Shown here in pieces: positions 16,590 to 25,036 of a DNA stretch of 64,000 bases. The notes below the pieces were generated by a model. That model worked only from the letters and a program-made list of their open reading frames with translations. It was not told where the DNA came from and searched no databases. The DNA comes from an uncultured Thermotogae bacterium (lineage in GTDB: Bacteria; Bipolaricaulota; Bipolaricaulia; UBA7950; UBA9294): contig CAZGXU010000002.1 of the NCBI GenBank assembly GCA_964530075.1, positions 1,247-65,246 of the forward strand. The letters run 5' to 3'. How positions within the stretch are numbered: position 1 is the stretch's first letter; each line of letters begins with the position of its first letter. The position numbers and the translations under genes are program-made.

Positions 16590-17381
16590 TCACAGTCGAT
16601 ACTGGTCCGGCCGGCGGTCGGCGAGCACGTCGTTGTAGCTTGTGATCCGCTTGTCGCGGGCCCGCTCGATGTCGATCTCGACGACGCCGATCTCGGCCGC
16701 ATCGTCCGACAAGCGGAGGAGGACCTCTCCGTCCGGCTGGACGATCTGGCTGCGGCCAGTGTAGACGAGTGTCTCGGCAGTTCGGGACTCCTCACCGACG
16801 CGGTTCGCCGTCGCGGTGAAGACGCGGTTCTCGAGGGCCCGGATCGCCATCGTCCGCTGCGCCAGGTCGGGCAGCACCAAGTTCGCCGGGTGGGCGATCA
16901 CGTCGGCACCCTGCAGCGCCAGGCTTCGAGCCGACTCGGGGAAGAGGTGGTCGAAGCAGACCATCAACCCGATCCGAGCGACCCCGATGTCGAGCACCGG
17001 AAACGAGCGATCCCCTGGGGCGAAGTGCTCCTTCTCGGCGCAGAAGAGGTGGACCTTCCGGTAGCAGGCGAGAAACCCGTTTGGGCCGACGAGGACGGCC
17101 GCATTGTAGACCCGATCGCCGTCCCGCTCCGGGAGCCCGGCGACGACGTGACAGCCGTATGTCGAAGCGAAGTTGATCAACGCCTTCGTTGTCGGCCCGT
17201 CCGGAACCGGCTCGGCCAGTCCGCGGGCCTCGTCCGCGGAGACGAACTGATACCCCGTGGCGAACAGCTCCGGCAGGACCCACAGATCCGCCTGCTTCTG
17301 CCCGATCAGCTCGAAGGCGTCTTCGATGTTCCGATCCCGCTCGTTGAACGCGGGGTCGGTCTGAGCGATTCCGATGCGCAT
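16590..17381 (-). CDS. Carbon-nitrogen hydrolase (nitrilase superfamily)
   Basis: Catalytic triad context: E in WVLPELFATGY, K in CYRKVHLF, C in GLMVCFDHLFPE. Confidence 0.88.
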   Translation of the reverse strand: MRIGIAQTDPAFNERDRNIEDAFELIGQKQADLWVLPELFATGYQFVSADEARGLAEPVPDGPTTKALINFASTYGCHVVAGLPERDGDRVYNAAVLVGPNGFLACYRKVHLFCAEKEHFAPGDRSFPVLDIGVARIGLMVCFDHLFPESARSLALQGADVIAHPANLVLPDLAQRTMAIRALENRVFTATANRVGEESRTAETLVYTGRSQIVQPDGEVLLRLSDDAAEIGVVEIDIERARDKRITSYNDVLADRRPDQYRL

Positions 17382-17424
17382 GGGGGGATGGTAGCGAATC
17401 CGGCCGGGCCGTGCGACGCGCGGA

Positions 17425-18234
17425 CTAGCCGGCGGCTGCCCAATGCGCCGCTGCGTTCCTGGGCTGGACCTGCCCGATCCCCGGCCACGGGAAGTGCGTC
17501 GCGATCACGAGCGCGTTCGTCTTCGCGATCCGTTCGATCAGCGCTTTTCGGCTCTCGACGGCCTGATCCGGGAACGTGTCGCCGGTGACCGGCCAGTCGG
17601 GATGCTCGAGGAAGACCGGATGCATGAACGCGTCGCCGACGTGGAGGAGTGGCCCGGTTGTGGTTCCTGAATCGCCGTCGAGCTCGTACGCGGCGTGGCC
17701 GGGGCGGTGACCGGGACAGGGGACGAACGTGATCCCGTCGGCGACCTCGGTCTCCCCGTCGCAGAGAATCACGCGATCCTCCAGCCGGGCGACGAGCGCC
17801 TTGAACAGCCGCTGGAGGTGCTTCGGGAGCTCGTCGTACGTCTCGTCCACCTGAAGTTCCTTCCACAGCCCGGCGTCGATCGCGTACCGGGCGTTCGGGT
17901 AGGTCAGCTCGCCGTCGCCGATCTGGAGGATCAGCCCGGCGACGTGGTCGCGGTCGACGTGCGTGATCAGGACGAGGTCGACGTCCTCCGGCACCACGTC
18001 GAGGACCGCCAGCTGCGCCGCCACCTCGTCCCCGTCGATCCCGCCGTCGATCATCACGTGACGTCCGCGATGCCGGACGTAGCAGCAGGTGAACGCGAAC
18101 GGGAGCGTCCGGTCCTCGGGGAGCTTGTACTCGTCCGGGAGGAGCCCGTTCAGCGAGCGCGGCTCGTCGTCGAGGATCCGGAGGATCGCCCCCTCGACGC
18201 CGCCGTGGGTGAAGCGATGGACGTTCTCCGACAC
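17425..18234 (-). CDS. MBL-fold metallo-hydrolase (paralog 1)
   Basis: GTG start preceded by AAGGGAGGA. Metal motif variant LVLITHVDRDHVAGL, CPGHRPGH, HVGDAFMH. Confidence 0.82.
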   Translation of the reverse strand: MSENVHRFTHGGVEGAILRILDDEPRSLNGLLPDEYKLPEDRTLPFAFTCCYVRHRGRHVMIDGGIDGDEVAAQLAVLDVVPEDVDLVLITHVDRDHVAGLILQIGDGELTYPNARYAIDAGLWKELQVDETYDELPKHLQRLFKALVARLEDRVILCDGETEVADGITFVPCPGHRPGHAAYELDGDSGTTTGPLLHVGDAFMHPVFLEHPDWPVTGDTFPDQAVESRKALIERIAKTNALVIATHFPWPGIGQVQPRNAAAHWAAAG

Positions 18235-18248
18235 GCGATCCTCCCTTC

Positions 18249-19082
18249 TCAGCCGGCGACCGGCGCCCAGCGGTACCGGTCCTCGGCGATCTTCGTCAAC
18301 CGACCGATCCCGGGCAACCGGAAGTGGGTGCCGACGATCCTCGCGCCCTCGGCGGCCGCGCGGGCCGAGATCATCCGCCGCGCGTCGCGCGCCGTCTCCG
18401 GCTCGCTGTCGTGGCGGACGTTCAGCTTGCCCGGGTACTCGAGGAAGACGGGATGAACGGCCGCGTCGCCGATGTGGAGGAGCGTCTCGCCTTCCGATTC
18501 GAACCGGTAGAGGGTGTGCCCGGCGCGATGGCCAAGGGCCGGGATCGCGCGGACGCCGGAGAGTACGTCCTGTTCGTCGTCGAGGATCGTGCCGCGCGCC
18601 ACGACGGCCGGAAGGAGTGGCCCGAGGAGCTTGTGCAAGAGTGACTTGATCGCCGGTAGGTACTCGTCGATTGCGCTCTCGTCGTGCCAGAAGTCCCAGA
18701 GCTGGCGATGGAGCACGTACCGGGCGTTCGGATAGGCGAGCGCGCCGTCCTCGCGGACCAGCCCGCCGATGTGGTCGAAGTCGCCGTGGGTGAGCAGAAT
18801 CGTGTCGACCGACTCGGGTGCGATCCCTTCGGCCGCGAGCGCCGGCTCCGCGGCGAATCTACGCTCTCCACGGTGCGGTCCGTTCCCGCTGTCGACGAGA
18901 ACGCGCGCGTCCGGCGCGTCGACGACGAGGAGCCCGCCGCACATCTCGATTTCTGTGCCCTCGAGCGCGTCCGGCGCGTCGGCCATGAACGCGCTGAGGG
19001 GATCGGCCGAGGGATTCCCGTCCTTCACGACGAGGCAATCGAAACGACCGACGCGAATCCGATGCGTCGCGATGTTCGTCAT
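18249..19082 (-). CDS. MBL-fold metallo-hydrolase (paralog 2)
   Basis: Internal ATG 19082 (MTNIATHRIRVGRFDCLVVKDG) overlaps the stop of the upstream TIGR04076-like gene (ATGA). ILLTHGDFDHIGGL, ALGHRAGH, HIGDAAVH. Confidence 0.82.
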   Translation of the reverse strand: MTNIATHRIRVGRFDCLVVKDGNPSADPLSAFMADAPDALEGTEIEMCGGLLVVDAPDARVLVDSGNGPHRGERRFAAEPALAAEGIAPESVDTILLTHGDFDHIGGLVREDGALAYPNARYVLHRQLWDFWHDESAIDEYLPAIKSLLHKLLGPLLPAVVARGTILDDEQDVLSGVRAIPALGHRAGHTLYRFESEGETLLHIGDAAVHPVFLEYPGKLNVRHDSEPETARDARRMISARAAAEGARIVGTHFRLPGIGRLTKIAEDRYRWAPVAG

Positions 19083-19411
19083 GGCCTCTCCGAACCCTCG
19101 ATTCGCTCGACCAGGAAGGAGACGGGCCGGAATCCGTCGCTGCAGCACGTCATCGCCATCCCCTTCTTCGCCATCCACGGCGGGTTTCCGTCGAACATCA
19201 CCATCGCGACGTCCCGCTGGATGTCGGCCCACGCCCAATCGCAGGGGAAGTCGTCCGGCCTGGCCGGCCAGTTTTCGATGAGGAACTCCTGCCCGACTTC
19301 CCAGCGCGGGCAGGCGCCGAATCCATCGGGGAAGCGCTCCTTGTTGATGTACTTGTCGATCAGGTCCTCGTGGACGGCCAGCTTAGCGACCGTCAGCTTC
19401 ACCTTCGGCAT
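19079..19411 (-). CDS. TIGR04076-like small Cys-containing protein (copy 1)
   Basis: SD AAAGGAGG. MPKVKLTVAKL..GACPRWEVGQEF..FPCDWAWADIQRDV..CCSDGFRPVSFLVERIE matches my memory of the TIGR04076 pattern (MxKVKITV.., C..GQ.F, FC..AW, C.DG.RPV.F..ER). Confidence 0.7.
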   Translation of the reverse strand: MPKVKLTVAKLAVHEDLIDKYINKERFPDGFGACPRWEVGQEFLIENWPARPDDFPCDWAWADIQRDVAMVMFDGNPPWMAKKGMAMTCCSDGFRPVSFLVERIEGSERP

Positions 19412-19431
19412 CGCGGCCTCCTTTGATGGCT

Positions 19432-19746
19432 CTACGCCGCGTCGAGCGGCTCGATCAGAAACTTTACCGGCCGGAACGCGTCCGCGCAGCTCCGGATCCA
19501 GCTGTTCTCCGGCCGGTGACCCTCGACCTCCCCCTCGAACGCGGCGATTCGGACGAACGACTCGACGTCGTGCCACGCCCACGGGCACATCCCTTCCGGA
19601 CAGGCCACCGGCTGCCCGATGACGAACGATTCTCCGATCGTGTGGCTGCACGGCCCGAACGTTTCCGCCGCGGTCGGGTCCATGTACTTCGCGACCAGTT
19701 CCTCGTCGAATCGCTTCTTGATCACGGTGATGCGGACCTTCTTCAT
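19432..19746 (-). CDS. TIGR04076-like small Cys-containing protein (copy 2)
   Basis: MKKVRITVIKKRFDEELVAKY..GPCSHTIGESF..GMCPWAWHDVESFV..SCADAFRPVKFLIEPLD. The ATG overlaps the stop of copy 3 (ATGA). Confidence 0.7.
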   Translation of the reverse strand: MKKVRITVIKKRFDEELVAKYMDPTAAETFGPCSHTIGESFVIGQPVACPEGMCPWAWHDVESFVRIAAFEGEVEGHRPENSWIRSCADAFRPVKFLIEPLDAA

Positions 19747-20000
19747 TCAGTCCCCCCTTTCCCATTCTGCAGCCTCTCCAACAGGAAGACGACCGGTTTG
19801 ATTCCGTCGATGCATGCCGACAGCCGCGTGCCCGGATGTATGAGACAGTCCAGTGCCCCGACGAGGCGCATCATCGTGACGTCGCGCTGGACGTCGGCCC
19901 AGGCCCAAGAGCAGAACCGATCAGGCTTGCACGCGCCGGTCTCGAGGACTTGTCCGTCCGCGAACGTGCCGCAGACGTCGAACGCCCGTCCTTCGCACAC
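19743..20000 (-). CDS. TIGR04076-like protein (copy 3), N-terminally truncated or frameshifted
   Basis: GTG 20000; CEGRAFDVCGTFADGQVLE..RFCSWAWADVQRDV..ACIDGIKPVVFLLERLQ. It lacks the MxKVxxTV strand. A possible N-terminus (KKMHFPDFNL) sits in another frame just upstream. Confidence 0.5.
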   Translation of the reverse strand: MCEGRAFDVCGTFADGQVLETGACKPDRFCSWAWADVQRDVTMMRLVGALDCLIHPGTRLSACIDGIKPVVFLLERLQNGKGGTE

Positions 20001-20307
20001 GCAGATTGAAGTCCGGGAAGTGCATCTTCTTCAGCCTGGCCTCCTCTCGCTCTTGGGGTGGGTGACCCGGTGTGGCCGGCGCCTCCGACGTGCTGGATCC
20101 GGCGGGTTGCAACGACAGAGACGTGCAATGAGGCATTCTACGCGATCGACCGTTCCTGTTGGGTCTCCGAGCCGCCGATCGAGCGATCTGAGCCGGGACG
20201 GCGGAGATCGCTCGGGTTGCCGGGGACCCGATACGGACCCGGGTGACTCCGAATGAAACGGCGAGGCAAGCGTCTCCACAGACAAATCGATCGCCGCGTT
20301 CGTGGAG

Positions 20308-20403
20308 CTATCCGCAGGTGCCGCTGCAGCAGCCGGTGCAGAACTTGATAAGCAGGATGACGGCGATCGCGACGTAGACGAGCGCCGAAAGATCGAGATC
20401 CAT
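20308..20403 (-). CDS. 31-aa Cys-rich single-pass membrane peptide (not in ORF track)
   Basis: Minus strand reads gtgAAAGGAGGgagcATG, then MDLDLSALVYVAIAVILLIKFCTGCCSGTCG-TAG. The TM helix followed by a C-x2-CC-x3-C tail resembles FeoB-associated Cys-rich small membrane proteins (PF12669-like, from memory). Confidence 0.45.
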   Translation of the reverse strand: MDLDLSALVYVAIAVILLIKFCTGCCSGTCG

Positions 20404-20445
20404 GCTCCCTCCTTTCACTCGAACGCCGGAGCGCGGGATCCGAGT

Positions 20446-23400
20446 TCACTCTCCCACCTGAAGGCTTACGCTCTCCGTGCCGTACCGGAGGATCGCTTCC
20501 GGGAAGGCGAGGATCGATGCATACAGCCAGATCTGATCGTAGGCTCGCTCGATCCCGACCTGGATGCAATCCCCGATGTCCCGAAAGAGCCGGTAACGGG
20601 GGTTCGCGACGTGCGGGGTCTGATCCGCCTCGTAGTCCGCACTGATCGCCGCGCCCCAGCCGGCCGGCGTTCGCGTTTCGACCGTCCCGGAGAGCGAGCC
20701 GAGCCCCCCGTCCTCCAGCGTCGCTTGAACGAGAACGTCCGTTCGATTCTCCGTCGCTGTCAGCTCGACGTCGATCGGATCGAATCGAGCGAGGGCCGGA
20801 TCGTACGGAATCTCCCACGAGGCCCCGAAGGACTCGGTCGACCAATTCCCTTGGAGGACGACCGTGTCGAGAAGGGCGGCGGAGAGGTCGTAGGAAAGGG
20901 AGAGCGTCCACGAGGTCTCGTTCCCCCACGAGAGCGTGACCGAGACGGGATCGAGCGCATCGGCGATCAGATCGAACCCGCTCTCGATGCGGAGACTGGG
21001 CGGACCCGCACGGCGGACCTGCCAGCCGATGTGCTGCTCCGCGTCGATCCGATCGAACTCGAACGGGCTCTGCGCCGTGGTGAAGGACCCGTCGTAGTCC
21101 AGCCTCAGACCGTCCCGCGTCACGGGGATCGAGACGGTCAGCGCGCCCCGGGTGAGGTCGATTGTATCGCCGATGTATCGCGTGAAGGAGACGCTGCACG
21201 AGGGTGCGACGGAGAAGCCGGCCGCCTCGAACGCGTCGACCCCGACCGACGCGCCTCCGTTCACGCGGAAGGCCTGACCGGTCGGGGTACCGCCTTCCCA
21301 TTCCCTGACCCAGCCTATGCTTCCCCGGGGCGTCAGCGAGGCCGGACCGATCCGGATCGCCTCGCGGGCGAGCGATACTTCGGGAAGGCGCTCGGTGATC
21401 ACGTCTTCGTCGTCCTCGTCGCCGTCCTCCCAGCTTCGGGCGCCCGTCACGGTGATCCGCCAATCGTCCAGCCGTCCGGAGGCGCTCGCTGCGAAGGAGA
21501 GGGATTCGTCGTTGCCTTGCAGTTCGTACTCGAGTTCGCCGCCCCCGCGCCACGTCTCGCCGATGTCGAACGAATCGGCGAGCGACAGGCGGACGATCCG
21601 ATCCCCGACCTTCGCCGGGAAGTAGTAGGCGTCGATCGAGCCCTTGTGTCCCGCGGTTTCGTAGCGGAGGACGAATCCGGCGCCGAGCTCGTGGAACGCG
21701 TTGTAATAGTCGAGCAGGAGGCTCCCGTAGAGCGATTCGCTCAGGTAGAAGGGGATGTTCCACTTGAGGAACCAGCCCCGCAGGCCGCTCCGGCCGATCG
21801 CCGGAAACAGCGGGCTCTCGAGCGTTTCCTCGAGCGGCTGGACGTAGACGGGGAGCCAGAACGTCGAGACGCCGGCGACCCGCGCGGTCAGCCCGTAGGC
21901 GACGAGGAGCCGATCCGGGTAGAGCTGCAAGCGAGAGGCGCGAAGGGTGTACGGCTGGGAGCGGAACGGGAGCCCGCAGCAATTGCAGGTGGTCACTTCT
22001 CCCTGACGGATCTCGATCAGGCTCGGATCGCCGGCCTCGTCGAACGTGACCCGACCGGACTCGCCGCGGAAGTAGAGGGTGTGATCCTCGCCGGCCGAGT
22101 TGACGAACGGGCTCTCCCCACGGAACTGACCCGCTTCGAGGGAGCGGGTCAGCGTTCCGGTCTCCGTGACTTCGATGACCGCCGCGAGTCGATCCCCGGA
22201 GAGCGTGAGTTCGTCCTCGATCGCGAGGCGGACGTCCCCGGTCGCCTCGAAGAGCCACTGCCCGTCCGGCGCCTGATGGAGGTCGAGCGCATCGGCGGCG
22301 AGGGTGACGTCTTCGAACGTCGCCTCCACGGCCCCCTCGGCGTGGACCTCGGTGCGGTCCGAGGAGATGAACAGCTCGTCGGCGTTGAGGTACAGCGGGA
22401 CGTCGTCCGCATCGACGGTGAACGCGAGGAGTCCAAGGAGGGCGAGAAACGGGACGAACCGGCGCAGCCGCCTCAGGAGATCGCGCGACGCCAGGCGATC
22501 GACGCGCAGGAAGAGGAGGAGCCCGAGCCCTCCGAAGAGGAGATCCGGAAGCCACGCGGCGAGGGCGGGATGCATCGCGCCGCGCTGGCCGAGGGCCTGG
22601 GTCCACCAGAGCAGGCCGGTGAAGATGCTGATCAACAGCAGGCTGGCGATGATCCCGACGGCCCGGCCTCGCGCGCCGAACGTGAAGGAGAGCGTCCCCC
22701 CGAGGAGGACGAAGACGATCGTCGCCAGCGGGAGGGCGATCTTGTGGTGGATCTCGAGGACGTACGGATCGGCGCGCTGCCCGGATTTCGACGCCTGCTC
22801 GACGCGTACGAGGAGCTCGGAGATCCCCATCTCGTCGGGCGCGCGCGATTGACTGAGGATCTGCTCGACGCTCTGGTCGACCGGGATCGAGAGCCGGTCG
22901 AATCCGCCCGAATAGACGAGCTTCCCGTCCGCGTCGAAGCCGTAGGTCCGGCCGGCCTCGAGCTCCCACGTCGTCTCGGTCCACTCCCCCGTCTCGGCGG
23001 TGATCAGGGCGATCTGCGTCTCGGCCCCCGGGACGGCCGGGAAGAGGTTCCCCTCGGTGTCGTAGATGAGGATGTCGTGGAGCGTCCGGGTGTTGGCGTC
23101 GTACCGGCGGACGTAGAAGAAGAGGTTGTCCGGCCCGGAGAAGATGGCGTTCGGGGTGATCCGCGGGACCGACTGGCGGAAGACGATCTCGAGGTAGGTC
23201 CGCTGGAACGCCCGCTCGGAGGCCGGGGCGGCCCAGTTGTTGATCGCGAAGTCGAACGCGCTGATCACGGCCGCCGCGGCGATCAGCGGCATCAGCATAC
23301 GTCGGAGCGAGATCCCGATCGACTCGAACGCCATGATCTCCCGATCGTGCATCAACCGCCCGAGACCGAGGAACGTGGCGAATAAAGCGGCCATCGGGAC

Positions 23401-23598
23401 CGCGAGGACGAAGAGCTTCGGGAGCTCGAGGATCACGAGGCGGAGGAGGGTCAGCATCCCGATCCCCCGATCGACCATCAGCGGGGTGAGCGACAGGACG
23501 ATGTTCAGAAGGAGGAACAGCAGCAACCCGACGAGCGCGAGCACGAACGGGCCGACCATCTCCCGCAGCAGGTAGCGATCGCAGCGACGCAGGGCCAT
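20446..23598 (-). CDS. Fusion protein: LptF/LptG-family permease + extra TM + OstA/LptA-like jellyroll + LptD-like C-terminal beta-rich domain
   Basis: One uninterrupted 1050-codon ORF. N-terminus RYLLREMVGPFVLAL.. with six TM helices and a periplasmic insert (YjgP/YjgQ pattern). Then RDLLRRLRRFVPFLALLGLLAFTV, OstA-like LYLNADELFISSDRTEVHAEGAVEATFEDVTLAADALDL, and LptD-like EVTTCNCCG..PYTLRASRLQLYP..FWLPVYVQPL followed by ~450 aa of alternating strand pattern. Confidence 0.8.
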   Translation of the reverse strand: MALRRCDRYLLREMVGPFVLALVGLLLFLLLNIVLSLTPLMVDRGIGMLTLLRLVILELPKLFVLAVPMAALFATFLGLGRLMHDREIMAFESIGISLRRMLMPLIAAAAVISAFDFAINNWAAPASERAFQRTYLEIVFRQSVPRITPNAIFSGPDNLFFYVRRYDANTRTLHDILIYDTEGNLFPAVPGAETQIALITAETGEWTETTWELEAGRTYGFDADGKLVYSGGFDRLSIPVDQSVEQILSQSRAPDEMGISELLVRVEQASKSGQRADPYVLEIHHKIALPLATIVFVLLGGTLSFTFGARGRAVGIIASLLLISIFTGLLWWTQALGQRGAMHPALAAWLPDLLFGGLGLLLFLRVDRLASRDLLRRLRRFVPFLALLGLLAFTVDADDVPLYLNADELFISSDRTEVHAEGAVEATFEDVTLAADALDLHQAPDGQWLFEATGDVRLAIEDELTLSGDRLAAVIEVTETGTLTRSLEAGQFRGESPFVNSAGEDHTLYFRGESGRVTFDEAGDPSLIEIRQGEVTTCNCCGLPFRSQPYTLRASRLQLYPDRLLVAYGLTARVAGVSTFWLPVYVQPLEETLESPLFPAIGRSGLRGWFLKWNIPFYLSESLYGSLLLDYYNAFHELGAGFVLRYETAGHKGSIDAYYFPAKVGDRIVRLSLADSFDIGETWRGGGELEYELQGNDESLSFAASASGRLDDWRITVTGARSWEDGDEDDEDVITERLPEVSLAREAIRIGPASLTPRGSIGWVREWEGGTPTGQAFRVNGGASVGVDAFEAAGFSVAPSCSVSFTRYIGDTIDLTRGALTVSIPVTRDGLRLDYDGSFTTAQSPFEFDRIDAEQHIGWQVRRAGPPSLRIESGFDLIADALDPVSVTLSWGNETSWTLSLSYDLSAALLDTVVLQGNWSTESFGASWEIPYDPALARFDPIDVELTATENRTDVLVQATLEDGGLGSLSGTVETRTPAGWGAAISADYEADQTPHVANPRYRLFRDIGDCIQVGIERAYDQIWLYASILAFPEAILRYGTESVSLQVGE

Positions 23599-23678
23599 GG
23601 CCCGACGAGTGTACCGGACGGGTCGGTTCGCGGACCACCTCGCCGGAGGGAGCGTGAGGATCCGGTTCCCAAGGGCAA

Positions 23679-23707
23679 TTGACGCTCGTCAGCGGATGGA
23701 GTATCCT
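23679..23707 (+). promoter_or_regulatory. Sigma-70-like promoter upstream of miaB (very short leader)
   Basis: TTGACG - 17 nt - TATCCT, only 12 nt before the miaB ATG, with no SD in between. Confidence 0.4.
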
Positions 23708-23719
23708 CCTCCGGCGACC

Positions 23720-25036
23720 ATGAAAAAGCGGCTGTACGTCGAGACTTGGGGATGTCAGATGAACCTTCACCAGTCGGAGGGGATCGCCGGCGTGATGGCG
23801 CGCGCCGGATACGCCCTCGTCGATCGACTCGATGCGGCCGACGTCGTCCTGTTCAACGGTTGCATGGTCCGACAGAAGGCGGAGGAAAAAGTCTACGGAC
23901 GGATCGGCGCGGTCGTCGAGGAGAAGCGGAGGCGGGACGTGACGCTGGGGGTCGGCGGGTGCCTCGGACAGGTCCGCGGCGACTCCCTGCTGACGCGCTT
24001 CCCGGCGATCGATTTCGTCTTCGGCTCCGGCGGCCACGCGTCGCTTCCCGATCTGGTCGATCGCGCGAGGGACGGCCCGGCCCGGGTCGTCGAGTGCGGT
24101 CGACCGACGACGATCGAGGAGATCCCGCATGCGCGGAGGAACCCGGTGAGCGCGATGGTGACGATCGCCGAGGGGTGCTCGAACTTCTGCTCCTACTGCG
24201 TCGTTCCGTACGCGCGCGGCCCGATGCGGAGCCGCGCTCCGGGACCGATCCTGCGCGAGGTCGAGGACGCGATCGGATCCGGCGCCTCGGAGGTGCTCCT
24301 CCTCGGTCAGAACGTGAACGCCTACGGGATTGATCGGCCCGACTTCGGCGATTTCGCGACGTTGCTCGCGTGCGTCGCCGAGACGGGGATCCCGCGGGTC
24401 CGGTTCACCACGTCCCACCCGCGCGACATGACCGACGACCTCCTCGAGGTCATGGCGTCGACGCCCAACCTGTGCAGCCATCTCCACCTTCCGGCCCAGT
24501 CGGGGAGCGATCGGATCCTCGCCGCGATGAACCGCGGCTACACGGTGGGCCGATACCTGACGATCGTCGGCGCCGCGCGCGAGCGGATCGACGGTCTGAA
24601 CGTCACGACGGATCTGATCGTCGGGCATCCCGGCGAGACGGAAGCGGACTTTGAGGCGACGATGCGCCTGGTCGAGGACGTGCGCTTCGGGTCGATCTTC
24701 GTCGCCAAGTACTCGCCGCGGCCATTGACTCGGAGCGCCCGAATGGAGGATGATGTCTCCGAGTCGGAGAAGGGCGAGCGGCTGGAGCGGGTCCTCGCCC
24801 GCCAACGCCGGATCGCGCTGGAAGAGAACGAGCGGCTCGTCGGCCGGGAGGTCGAGGTCCTGTTCGAGGGCGCGGCCCGGGACGGCGGCTGCGTCGGCCG
24901 GGCGGAGGATCATCGGACCGTCGTCGCCCGCGAAGGGACGATCGGTGAGCTGGCGACCGTTCGGATCACAGGCGCCTCGGCCGCGGGGCTCTCCGGATCG
25001 GTGCCGGTCCGCCAGGGGATAGAGGGAAGACGATGA
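23720..25036 (+). CDS. miaB: tRNA-2-methylthio-N6-dimethylallyladenosine synthase
   Basis: Internal ATG 23720 (MKKRLYVETWGCQMNLHQSEG = UPF0004 domain). Radical SAM EGCSNFCSYCVVPYARG. C-terminal TRAM domain. Confidence 0.92.
   Translation: MKKRLYVETWGCQMNLHQSEGIAGVMARAGYALVDRLDAADVVLFNGCMVRQKAEEKVYGRIGAVVEEKRRRDVTLGVGGCLGQVRGDSLLTRFPAIDFVFGSGGHASLPDLVDRARDGPARVVECGRPTTIEEIPHARRNPVSAMVTIAEGCSNFCSYCVVPYARGPMRSRAPGPILREVEDAIGSGASEVLLLGQNVNAYGIDRPDFGDFATLLACVAETGIPRVRFTTSHPRDMTDDLLEVMASTPNLCSHLHLPAQSGSDRILAAMNRGYTVGRYLTIVGAARERIDGLNVTTDLIVGHPGETEADFEATMRLVEDVRFGSIFVAKYSPRPLTRSARMEDDVSESEKGERLERVLARQRRIALEENERLVGREVEVLFEGAARDGGCVGRAEDHRTVVAREGTIGELATVRITGASAAGLSGSVPVRQGIEGRR

Noticed and set aside
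20138-24913. 1591-aa minus-strand ORF, the longest in the track
   Set aside because: Arg/Pro/Gly/Asp-rich with no recognisable motif. It overlaps the Lpt fusion in another frame and runs antisense to miaB, both of which carry clear family signatures. This is a typical high-GC shadow ORF.
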